DNA of 64,000 nucleotides. Source: Hormiphora californensis. Lineage: Eukaryota > Animalia > Ctenophora. A program made the position numbers and the translations under genes. The notes beneath the pieces are model-generated. The model was not told the origin of the DNA and did not search any database. It worked only from the letters and a program-made list of their open reading frames with translations. Position 1 is the first letter of the stretch; every line of letters starts with the position of its first letter. This document shows, piece after piece, positions 1 to 10,758 of the stretch. The stretch covers positions 3,410,001-3,474,000 of the forward strand of contig CM035356.1 of assembly GCA_020137815.1 (NCBI GenBank), given 5' to 3'.

Positions 1-1288
1 CACTTGTACGTGGTAGCTGAGGGTCTACAGAATGGCGCTACGGTGCGGGAAAAAAAAGTCCATGCCCTAAAATCGATTTTTTTACTTTTATTTGATTTGG
101 GTCAAAATTGGCTATATTAAACGTGGTCCCGAAAAATCCATAATGACTTAGCACACGAAATATGTCACCCCCACCTATTTTTGCACGTAGAATCGATTGC
201 CGTTGAAGTCGAATCTCTAAAATGACTGTAAAATGGTCAAAAGTTGATTTTTTACCATTTTTTGGAGGTTTTTGGCCCCTAAACCATTGAAAACGTTGAG
301 ATAGGAATTTGAAACTAGTGCCAATCGTTAAAATGGTCATTTTTCTACCAAGAACCAAGTTTTCGTGTATATCCGATTTATGGTTAGATTTGGGCAAATT
401 GTTGAAATCTGCCAACTAGGAGAACCGTAACTTGATTTTCTTGTTTTTTGGATTTTGGCATTTTTGACAAACTTCTGATTGAAATGGTCAATCGGGACCA
501 TGCTTAAGTTGTTTATGGGACAATTTTCGACTAAAATCCAAGATTTTATATCAATCCAATAACAGATCGTTGATTTATAGAAAATTTAAGTAGGCAAAAC
601 GGTGAAAATAAGCAAGAAAAGTTGTCATTTTGACCGTTTTGCCTACTTAAATTTTCTATAAATCAACGATCTGTTATTGGATTGATATAAAATCTTGGAT
701 TTTAGTCGAAAATTGTCCCATAAACAACTTAAGCATGGTCCCGATTGACCATTTCAATCAGAAGTTTGTCAAAAATGCCAAAATCCAAAAAACAAGAAAA
801 TCAAGTTACGGTTCTCCTAGTTGGCAGATTTCAACAATTTGCCCAAATCTAACCATAAATCGGATATACACGAAAACTTGGTTCTTGGTAGAAAAATGAC
901 CATTTTAACGATTGGCACTAGTTTCAAATTCCTATCTCAACGTTTTCAATGGTTTAGGGGCCAAAAACCTCCAAAAAATGGTAAAAAATCAACTTTTGAC
1001 CATTTTACAGTCATTTTAGAGATTCGACTTCAACGGCAATCGATTCTACGTGCAAAAATAGGTGGGGGTGACATATTTCGTGTGCTAAGTCATTATGGAT
1101 TTTTCGGGACCACGTTTAATATAGCCAATTTTGACCCAAATCAAATAAAAGTAAAAAAATCGATTTTAGGGCATGGACTTTTTTTTCCCGCACCGTAGCG
1201 CCATTCTGTAGACCCTCAGCTACCACGTACAAGTGGTGGTTTCCCGTTGCATGCTAGGTCGTGTTAAAATTTCACCAGGCACGCCGTG
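1..1288. mobile_element. Giant palindromic (foldback) non-autonomous DNA transposon, Chapaev-like; left end lies outside the window
   Basis: Arms 1-603 and 633-1235 are reverse complements (identical 125-aa ORFs on opposite strands) around a ~29-nt loop. The right end is ...TTTCACCAGGCACGCCGTG at 1288, i.e. a CACGGCGTGCCTGGTGAAA terminus resembling the 55874 element. Confidence 0.8.
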
Positions 1289-1289
1289 C

Positions 1290-1356
1290 CTGTCAGGCCA
1301 ATGCTCTGACCTCTGTTCTCGAGAATGAGACTGGGGTCAGGTCAATGCTCTGACAG
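1290..1356 (+). repeat. Short dispersed element bounded by directly repeated GTCAG-GCCAATGCT-CTGAC motifs
   Basis: CTGTCAGGCCAATGCTCTGACC...GGGTCAGGTCAATGCTCTGACAG. Other copies at 33770, 38746, 50815, 50996 and 58320. Confidence 0.85.
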
Positions 1357-1644
1357 TTATTATAGCTGCAGATATGATATTTTTCGAAAGAATGTTCACT
1401 GCAGTGCGGTAGTCCTTTCCGAATCGGGTATTTGTAAAATCTTTCTTCTTTCCTTAATGGGACAAAATTAATTGTTTGGAATGCGAATTAATTAAAAACA
1501 GTATCTTAAATTGGATTATATCTGTATCTTCTTTTTGTGTTCTATCCTGGGCTTTCTGCAGTCCTACAATTACCACCACGCACCTCACTAGAACTGTCTT
1601 CAGAAATAAATCTACTAATTATATCACGGCCACACGGTAAATTG

Positions 1645-2100
1645 TGTAGGGCGACCGTCGGTGAAATAAGAGGGGTGTGGTGAAGGGGGTTTTCAGGAGA
1701 TAACGACAAAGTTTTAGGTGGTTCGAATAGACTATAGACTCAGTACTAACATGGATCGCTCTCGACTCCTGCGAGCCAAGATATCTCTCTTATAAACACA
1801 ATACTTCGCTCTCATTGGTCGCCACGATGATCACGTGCCCTGCCTGGTGCAATGAATCATGAAGCGTGAAATAGAGGGGAACTATAGCACTATACCACCT
1901 GTGGCTGTAAATACACTTAGCCCGCCCTGGGACTTCCATCCAGTTACCACCCCTCTGTAACTAAGGGGAGGCAGACAGGGTGGCGGCTCCAGGGGGCACT
2001 AACAGTGGTATCACAGGTTGAATACATATACTGAATGGAATGAATACATACTGAATGGAAACCGGGGGCTAGGGACCGGAAATAGGGTGCTGACCGTACA
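1645..2100 (-). repeat. 3' LTR (456 bp)
   Basis: Direct repeat of 4552-5000. Preceded on the minus strand by the polypurine tract GCGGGGGGTGGA (2101-2112). Confidence 0.93.
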
Positions 2101-2329
2101 TCCACCCCCCGCTGTACGGCAGCCCTAGATCCCCCACTCCCGGTCTAAATAAATCTAACTCTGGCTATCTAAAACTACAAATATACTTTTATTTAGGTTC
2201 ATCCCCTCACTTTTCATCGTTCATCACACTTTATAAGGTATCGCAACTTCAATTGAGTGTACTCACTCAATTCAATTCAATATTCAATCTCAACTGCACT
2301 TTCTCGGCACTTGAATTCTCATTTCAATA

Positions 2330-2470
2330 TCTCGTTTCAATTCACATTTCAAAACGTTTCACATATCTCGTTTCAATTCACATTTCAAAACGTTTCACGT
2401 ATCTTTCACTTTCACATTTCATTTCACATTTCATTTCACATTTCATTTCACATTTCATTTCACATTTCTT
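2330..2470. repeat. Tandem repeats inside the LTR element (36-bp duplication, then (CACATTTCATTT)n)
   Basis: Directly visible periodicity. Confidence 0.85.
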
Positions 2471-3584
2471 TCTCTTTCACGTTTCTAAAATCTACTGTAT
2501 ATATAGGGCCTGCGCAGGCATCGAGATCATACTGTCCAGATACTACGAAAGTCAGCGCTGATTGGGGGTGGTAGTATGCCAGACTAAAGTATGACCCGAA
2601 GGAAATAATTATAACTTTACATATCAAACTATCACTTATACAGTTGCGATCTTAATGAACCTACACATGTGATGAGGGGTTAGGTGAGGTATGGCAGGCA
2701 GGGCAAAAGAGAGCAACCCCAGGCAGGGAAACAGCACGGTTCGGATAAATAGCATCGGGCACGGCGATCAGAATATTCGTTACTCAGCTCGTCTTTCAGT
2801 ATAGTTTCATGCACAATATTTCGATATCTTGACATAGATAGAATATAATGTCGCTTTCATTGAATAGGTAAGTAATAAGATACTCTAGTTCTTTCCTAAA
2901 ATAATTGTTCATTACTAAAGTAAAGTTGTGATCATACAGCTGTCTTCCACGGATAATTTCATATTAGTGTTACTTCACTTTCATAAATCACAGCTTTCCC
3001 TAGATATTTGGCCATTTCTAACAATTTAACAGTTTGTTCAAATTCATTATTATACGAGTATGAGTACATAACCGCAGTCAAAGTTTTAAAAGAACCCAAC
3101 AATAGTATTAGCTCTAACCAGTCCCACAGTTTGTTAGTTTGTAGTTTGAACAGGAAGATGCTTCACCCTCAGCTCTTCTGTAGGAATAAGGAACTGGGTT
3201 GGCAGGCACATGCCGGCCTCTGTAGGATCAGGAACTTGATTATCGGGCACACAACCGTCCATAGTATCGGAGACGGGGTCTGTAGTTACTGGTTCAGGGG
3301 AGTAGTGGAAATGATTTCCTCCAAGATCCCGTTGCTAGGCTCACGCCCTTCAGCTATATCAGGCACGCTAGGCACACGCCCAGTAGATTTATCAGGAATG
3401 GACTCGAATGAACTTCATAGATTCTTCCATTAGATGGGACACACGTCCTTCTAATATTTTTGACTGGTAGACCCCGGGTAGCTAAGCGAGTGTCCCAGGT
3501 AGCAGCAGTGCTCATACCCCGAAAGTTTTGGACTGTCAGGCACACGCCTGGTGCCGTCATAAGTCACTGGAAAGATGAAGTAAG

Positions 3585-4454
3585 CTAATATCGGTTCTGG
3601 GAAGCATTGTAAGTAGGTTGCTCTGAGTTGTACCCGCGTTCGTCTTCATACTCGTAGTCCCCGAAATAGGGAGGTGATCGGTCCGGATACCAAGACGTTT
3701 GAACAGCCGCACGGCTATTTTTAGGAAGTATGGATCTTAGACCTTCATGTGGATGGGTAGCGAATACACTTACTTCAGCATCTTTGTTAGCTCGTGTAAT
3801 TGTCAGTGCTGTGTCTAGCTGCACGGCTCCACTAACTAGCTCCGGGTACGTGAGAGTCTCCGCATGTTGATTCAACCATATTCTAACATCAGGTCTTGAA
3901 GCACCGTTAGACAATGCATCTTTCAGCCTCTCCTCTCGCAGTTTTCTGTCCTCCGCCTTGGGGTATGCTAGCCAAGATAACTGTGAAATTCGGTCAGCAA
4001 ACTTTGTGAGAGATTCTCCAATTTCCTGGGAGGCTGCTTTGAGGGATATTCTGGATAGCATGCCCTTTTCTCTTCTGATGGTAGACAGTGTTTGGGAGAC
4101 CAGTGACTTGTACTCCTCCCAGCTAATGTCGTCTTCTTCGGGTTCAGTGATTTGGTCGATCCTGGTGTTCATGTCCTCAGTCATGTAAGATCGGAAGGCC
4201 CTCTTCAAAGATTCATCGTCTAGCTTTAGACAGTCCACATATGCTTCGAAAGTTTTGAAAAAACGGTCTACTTCCATCGTCTTAGGATTAAACATGGGAG
4301 GCCTCTTAGCAACTGTCAGCAGCTCTTTCACCCCTGATGTACCTGCGCCTGACGGCGCCTCAATACCCTTGATTTTCTTCTCAACAGTTTTACGATCCTC
4401 AGGATTCAGTGCAGCAAGAATCTTCTCCATCTTGGGGTCGGCGAGAATTGACAT
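3585..4454 (-). CDS. gag: Retrotransposon Gag (capsid) protein, 289 aa
   Basis: Starts just after the PBS. Contains PPMFNPKTMEVDRFFKTFEAY and an MHR-like QEIGESLTKFADRISQLSWLAYP. A decayed zinc-knuckle-like YEHCCYLGHSLSYP lies past the stop in another frame. Confidence 0.85.
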   Translation of the reverse strand: MSILADPKMEKILAALNPEDRKTVEKKIKGIEAPSGAGTSGVKELLTVAKRPPMFNPKTMEVDRFFKTFEAYVDCLKLDDESLKRAFRSYMTEDMNTRIDQITEPEEDDISWEEYKSLVSQTLSTIRREKGMLSRISLKAASQEIGESLTKFADRISQLSWLAYPKAEDRKLREERLKDALSNGASRPDVRIWLNQHAETLTYPELVSGAVQLDTALTITRANKDAEVSVFATHPHEGLRSILPKNSRAAVQTSWYPDRSPPYFGDYEYEDERGYNSEQPTYNASQNRY

Positions 4455-4532
4455 TTCTTAGACACACGTCTGAGGAATGTAAGCAAAGCAAAGTTGTAGG
4501 ATCACACTGGAACAAATTAAGGAAAACTAAAG

Positions 4533-4549
4533 CCCCTGCGTGGCCACCA
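4533..4549 (-). promoter_or_regulatory. tRNA primer-binding site
   Basis: TGGTGGCCACGCAGGGG lies 2 nt after the 5' LTR and is complementary to a tRNA 3' end ...GGCCA-CCA. tRNA identity not determined. Confidence 0.8.
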
Positions 4550-4551
4550 AA

Positions 4552-5000
4552 TGTAGGGTGACCTTCGGTGAAATATGAGGGGTGTGGTGAAGGGGTTTTC
4601 AGGAGATAACGACAAAGTATTAGGTGGTTCGGATAGACTCAGTACTAACATGAATCGCTCTCGACTCCTGCGAGCCAAGATATCTCTCTTATAAACACAA
4701 TACTTCGCTCTCATTGGTCGCCACGATGATCACGTGCCCTGCCTGGTGCAATGAATCATGAAGCGTGAAATAGAGGGGAACTATAGCACTATACCACCTG
4801 TGGCTGTAAATGCACTTAGCCCGCCCTGGGACTTCCATCCAGTTACCACCCCTCTGTAACTAAGGGGAGGCAGACAGGGTGGCGGCTCCAGGGGGCACTA
4901 ACAGTGGTATCACAGGTTGAATACATATACTGAATGGAATGAATACATACTGAATGGAAACCGGGGGCGAGGGACCGGAAATAGGGTACCCAACCGTACA
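4552..5000 (-). repeat. 5' LTR (449 bp)
   Basis: Direct repeat of 1645-2100, followed on the minus strand by the PBS. Confidence 0.93.
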
Positions 5001-5439
5001 ATTGGACCACGTACAGAGCTCTGTAAACAATAATTGGAGCTCAGTGTTCACTGTACTGTCCACTGAGCTAGCACCACGCACACTACACAGCGGCCCAGAA
5101 TGACCACAGCTGCAAGAACTACAGAAGTCTGAAGTAACATGCTCTGCATAAACTGATTGGTGGGTGGCCTTGCAGCAAGGCCCTTGCTACGGCGGAGTGG
5201 TGGACATGCTGGGGCGCCTAATAAGCGTATTCGGTCCGGCCTCTACTACTTTCGGGCAAGTCATCCTCCAGACGCAGCAATCACAAACAAACAAAAGAAG
5301 ACCCCTAGAAAATAATCTCAGAGCCCCTAACTACCACCCAGATGTCGCACGTGCAGAACCCCAGCAACCTGGACCACCCCAGAAATCACACGTGCAGTTC
5401 TGTATTGCTCATCTCATTGATTTGTTGCTCGTCACATAC

Positions 5440-6687
5440 ATGGCTACCAAGTCTGCTGCAAAGAATGATATCCAACGGATTGGCCTCTTCAGCGAGGTCG
5501 GGTATATCACCATCGGGGACCCCTACCGGGATACCCGGGCCCGGGCCTTCAACGTCAACGCGGGCCGAGGTAAACAAATGATGACTTCCTCCACAAAGGC
5601 CAAGTCGGGTCTATGTGACGGGTATTTCCAGTCCAACTTTGGGAGAGTATTCGAGAAAGAGGGACACACAGATCCGATCAAAGCCCGCCGGATCGAGAGG
5701 ATCAGCCAAGCGCGGAAGAATATTGTCAAACGTGCCTTCTACCCCAGTAATAATACCAAGAAACCATGTGGATTGGGTAGCCATTACGGGACATTCCAGG
5801 GGAATGTAGAATACTTCAAGGGGATAACTCGGGCTAAAGATGCTTACAAATCTCCAGGTACAACTAGTAGATAGTAAATTTGACATTGTTTTAGTTGCTT
5901 TCATGTCATCATGACATCATGTTGAGTCGCCTGATATTGTGTCCGTGCTCCGTATGAACAATTCAATCATCATTTACTGTCTGCAGGCAAGAACTTTCTG
6001 ACAAACCCGACCAAGAGAGGATCAGGGTACGGGTACACATCCCTCACCATTGGACGTGATTTTGAGTACATTAGTGAGTTTATTGGACGGCCTGATGAAC
6101 TTAGAGCCTTGGAAAAAGAGGTGAGAGAGATTCAGATGGGGTAGTGATTGATGTCGACCCAGTTTTAAAAAGGGTTTTAACAAAACGAGTGATATGGCAA
6201 GTTTTTCTTTTTCATTCAGACTGGACAATAATATGATAATTTTATTCAAATATAAGATACCACATAAAATATCCCCTTACAGGAGCACAAAAAGCGCTTG
6301 ATAACCAAGGTCCCATTCAAGCCCAATGAACACAACAACGACCTATTTGACCCCAATATTTTCAAACTGGACAAACCGCTTCCACCGGTCCGGAATGCCC
6401 GGAGTCCAGTATTCGATCCAAAGTACAAGAAAATCATAAACCCACCCTTCAAGCCGAGTTCACCCGCCAAGAACACGGGTAACTGCAAGGCAGGCACCTT
6501 CACCCCCTACCCAGAACACCCTGTAGACGGGTTTGAGTTGAGGGGACCCAAACCACCAGGACCCAAGTATGGCATGTTCATACCGAGCGTGGGAAACAAG
6601 TCCAGACCGACCGATTCAGTGATTAGAATGCACGTGAAAAAGAGGACAACGAAAACCAACTTCAGAGCCGCCGGGTGCAGCTTCTAA
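5440..6687 (+). CDS. CFAP96: Cilia- and flagella-associated protein 96 (C4orf47/UPF0602 homolog), 3 exons, ~318 aa
   Basis: Exons 5440-5857, 5987-6120 and 6283-6687 with GT-AG introns in consistent phase. Motifs DIQRIGLFSEVGYITIGDPY, KKPCGLGSHYGT, PGKNFLTNPTKRGSGYGY and FKPSSPAKNTGNCKAGTFTPYPEH match C4orf47 as I recall it. Confidence 0.93.
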
Positions 6688-6803
6688 CAATGTCTATAAC
6701 GTTCACAATTTTATCTAAACAACCTGGATGTCTCTATTTATAGCTTGTTATTACCACAGAATGGGTTGTCCCGTACATATGACGTGGTCCGTGGGATCAT
6801 ATG

Positions 6804-9239
6804 TCACTCTACTGTTGAATCTTGTAAGCGTTGCCTTTGTTTCTTCCACGTGAAGAGAACAAACAGATAATACCCAATAACCGCTGAAACAGAAGGTACG
6901 GGGTTTATGAGATAAGAAATATAAAGTTACTATCGTGATAGGGCACGAGGGTACGCGGCCCGCCAAACAAAAAACTATCTTTAGGATTACTACTGCAGTA
7001 CCAACCTAAAACGAGAAGAGCCAATGCAATAACTATCACAGCAGAGACTGGCACGTGACCGAGCTTCAAACTGAAAATGAGAGCGAATCCCACGCTCTCC
7101 CAGAGTCGATAATGGGAGAAGGAAGCTATCTGTTCTCCTGGGTTTAACTCGGCATACAGAGCTGAAAATAAGAGGGTTGCCATGGTGATCTGGAATACCA
7201 ACAGAAAACACCCTCCATAGCAACACTCTCCATGGCAACACCCTCCATAGCAACACCCCTCCATAGCAACACCCTCCATAGCAACACCCTCCATAGCAAC
7301 ACCCTCCATAGCAACACCCTCCATAGCAACACCCCTCCATAGCAACACCCCTCCATAGCAACACCCTCCATAGCAACAACTTTCATAGCGTGTGGAGGGT
7401 GTTGCTATAATAGGGGTGTTACTATGGAGGATGTTGCTATGGAGAATGTAATCTAACCTCCTATTTGTGGTTGCCAGATTCCCTCTGCCACTCCCCACAG
7501 TACAACCCCCGCCACACTAGCGGGGTAGTTGGGATGGGAGGGCAACAGGAGGCACATCAATAGTACCGACAGGTTGATGGCACCCGCCAGACCAAGAATA
7601 AGCTTCAGTGGTACTCGGCTTCGGGCAACACCGACTGAGAAAAAGAGGCGTTATGTTAGTCAGCTGCTTTAGACAATATATCAAGTGAGGGTTGGTACCC
7701 TGTCGTACACCGGGATCTAGAAAGATGTCATAAGAGAGTACAGCGTACAGGCTAGGGAGAGAAAAGGGGGGAGTGGGGACCTCGTACTCAAAGTAGAGGG
7801 ACCGGGATCACTTACAAACTAAAGATGAGATGGAGGCGGTAGCTGCAAAAGAAATCACTAAAACTCCGTACTTTTGATACCCAAAGTTGCACACAATAAA
7901 GGCTTCTGAAAGGGAACGATTTCTTTGATTTTTATGAACCTACCAAGCAAGATCCTTCCCCATACAAATTAAAACAAGATCTCACAATCCCCCTGGAAAT
8001 ACTAACCGGCGAATACTGCGGTAAAAAGGCTCTGTTCAGCACCACTCCACACTGTCAGCGGTATTAGGAGGGCCTGCCTCAGATTGAGGGTCCTCCCTAC
8101 CCGGAGTAGAGAGTGGAGGATTGGAATAGGGTACTCTTCTCTGTCTATACCGTCTATATAGATCGCCAATAGGAGTAGTGATACCAGTGCTACGGAGAGA
8201 AAGATAACTATACAGTAGGACTAATCATAGTAATAGTTTGGTAATGAAATTACCCCTCCGCACAAGCAATGATAGGGGTGACTTCGGAATCAAAGTAATC
8301 GGGTTGGTTTTGTTACTACTCTACCTAGGTCAGCCCCCCCCCCCCCCCGGGAGAACAATCATTCCGCCAACCCTGATAAGAAGGAAGCTACAGGGTAAAA
8401 GATCTCACCTATAGAGAGGTAGATAGAGATAAGGTTAAGTCGTGTTCCAATTGACCAAGAAATAGCTCCTTCTGTCAAACTAGCGTAATTGTAGTTCAAC
8501 CCACACTTGCTGTGGTCTATCAGGGGTTCCGGCCTTTTAGACGTTACAAATACTGAAGGGTGGGGAAGGAATTGAAAAGTGTTCGAAACAATCAGAAATG
8601 CAGAGTAAACACTGATGAGTTTACACTGCTGTGTCATCTTCTGATCCCGGGTATGTTGTTGAGTAAGGGGGGATGGACAACTCACCAACGGGTATCTTCC
8701 TTACCAAAATAGTAGATAAGGTTTCCCCACAGCCCAGTAGTGAGAAAGACAGTAAAGTAGAGTCCAAACAAGATGGAATAGGTGTGGCTCAGATTAGTCT
8801 TGAACAGGAGGGTGTACCTCTCAGCTAGGTAACACAGGTACCTGCACTTGGCTGTCCAGAGGGGTGCTGCACTGACACCTACAAGGGATGTGGACACCTG
8901 CACGTAGTGCGTAAGTAATTTGACGTGTATGACTCCAACACGTTTGTCAACTACGTCTGTAAGTCTTTTTGTCATAAAGCTGATATTATAGGTCTGAGTA
9001 GCTGTAGCTCTGTCAGTATACTAACCCAGTAAAATGGATGCAGGAATTGTGACAGCAAGATGGGGATAGTAGAATGCACTGATGTAGAGACAGTAAGGGA
9101 TCTGGCACATCACCAAAGTAGTCTTCATCCCCATCCTTGTGATCACTGAAACAAATGATGGGGGGTAACTGTAGTCTTAGGGAGAGAGTGTAGCTGCACT
9201 TGCCCTGCTACACAGGCTGTTTTTCAAGCGATGGCTTAA

Positions 9240-9272
<33 letters not shown>

Positions 9273-9303
9273 TATACGGCTTACGGTTTACGGCTTACGG
9301 TTG

Positions 9304-9340
<37 letters not shown>

Positions 9341-9835
9341 AGCGTACGCTCACACCGGGACTTCGACCCGGAATGAGAGCCGACAGACTGGGAAGATGTC
9401 AAAGCAGCACTGTTTTCAACCTACCTAGCTCTGGAAGTAGCATGGAAGATAGGATTAGAGATGAATATGTTATGAGGTTGGGAATAAGGAAGTTTCCCAT
9501 TGATCCATCACTGACAACTCCGCTACTTTGGAGGCCACACGTCGCCTGCAGCAGCAGTGGTGTTAATACCTTAGTAATTGTCATAACATAGGTAGTAACA
9601 AGGGATTCAGTAAATACCTAGTGAGCCTGCCCGATTCAACCTCAGAATCTCGCTCCTAATCAACACAGTTCCTTTATACCTGGTATGAGGTGAAGACTCC
9701 CAGGAAGGTGGCACATAGAACCCAGAAGTTCATGTGAATGGTAAACTTGGGACCCCTGCCCCTCCGATACCTCTCATCAAGCACCTCATTAACAGGCCCA
9801 CAATCCCAGACAGCATCCTCTTCTACAACCGTCAT
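6804..9835 (-). CDS. UNC93A: UNC93A-like MFS membrane protein, multi-exon
   Basis: Exon peptides NFWVLCATFLGVFTSYQ, VGVSAAPLWTAKCRYL, LWGVAEGIWQPQ and ASFSHYRLWESVGF. Last exon ends QRLQDSTVE* at 6804. Not all internal exons resolved. Confidence 0.85.
7206..7444. repeat. 15-16-bp minisatellite (CCATAGCAACACCCT)n followed by inverted copies, in an UNC93 intron
   Basis: About 11 direct units, then about 3 GTGTTGCTATGG-type inverted units. Confidence 0.9.
9241..9340. repeat. (ACGGCTT)n heptamer array
   Basis: About 14 units, intronic. Confidence 0.9.
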
Positions 9836-10174
9836 CTTCTTCTAAGAGAACCCAAGCGTCTATCGCGACGTGGTCGACACTTGTGAATGTCCGTAGATAG
9901 AAGAAGTTGAGCTGACAATTCAAAGAAGGAGAGTTATACGTTCAGAATGTTCCAATTTCGAATGTGATCAGGTGGCAGCTACCCTCTGTTAGCTAGGTAA
10001 TACGTTAGTAAGGGGAGGTTAGGGAGAGCGAGAGATGACTGGAGGAGGAGCAGGAGAAGAGGAGACATAGGAGGAGAGACACGATGCGTAGAGGATGCCT
10101 GATCTCTTAGCGCGAGCTAGCGCGTAGAGCTTGTACGCATCTGGCTCTATCCTCTCATCTTCTCTCTCTTCTCT

Positions 10175-10207
<33 letters not shown>

Positions 10208-10702
10208 TCTCCCTCTTCTCTCTCTCTCTCGCTCTCCTGCTCTCGACCTCCTCAAAACTCTCATTCACGCCAACTCAAATTGCTCTTCATAAACTATTGT
10301 CCTTTTCAAAAGTAACAACGTTATCACGTCGAATAATAATTGAAGTATAGAAAGTTACCTGACAATTAAAAGAAGGAGAAGTATAGCAGCTTGTCAGAGT
10401 CCAAGTTTTTCAAGGATCAGGTGAGACAGTACTTCGTGTGAAGGAGATAGCTTTAATAAGAGGGAGTTGGAAGATCACTGCATGGAGAGAGAAACACCAT
10501 TCCGCAATACTCTTCTTATCCTGTTCTATCATCCTCTGTGTATGTTGGCATGCCAATCTGTATCTCTCTTCTTGAGAACTTACCAACAAGTACACTCAGA
10601 TAGGAGATGTTTGACGTCTCAGTTACTCTATTGTTCTTATTAGCTTATCTCTCTCTTGCTATGTACTTACATACTCTACTAGCTCTATCTAACCTTCTCC
10701 TC

Positions 10703-10758
<56 letters not shown>

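Larger units (their letters stand above)
1645..5000 (-). mobile_element. Non-autonomous gag-only LTR retrotransposon (Ty3/Gypsy-like), 3356 bp
   Basis: LTRs 1645-2100 and 4552-5000, each TGTA...TACA. ATTG duplicated at 1641-1644 and 5001-5004. PBS and PPT are on the minus strand with a gag ORF between them. No RT or integrase motifs found. Confidence 0.93.

Noticed and set aside
38-1198. Two identical 125-aa ORFs on opposite strands
   Set aside because: They result from the palindrome, start at TTG and have no recognisable domain.
5164-5439. N-terminal extension of the CFAP96 ORF
   Set aside because: It starts at GTG, and homology begins at the ATG at 5440.
6990-7379. GGCCY-repeat ORF resembling keratin-associated or metallothionein proteins
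   Set aside because: It is the 15-bp intronic minisatellite read in one frame.
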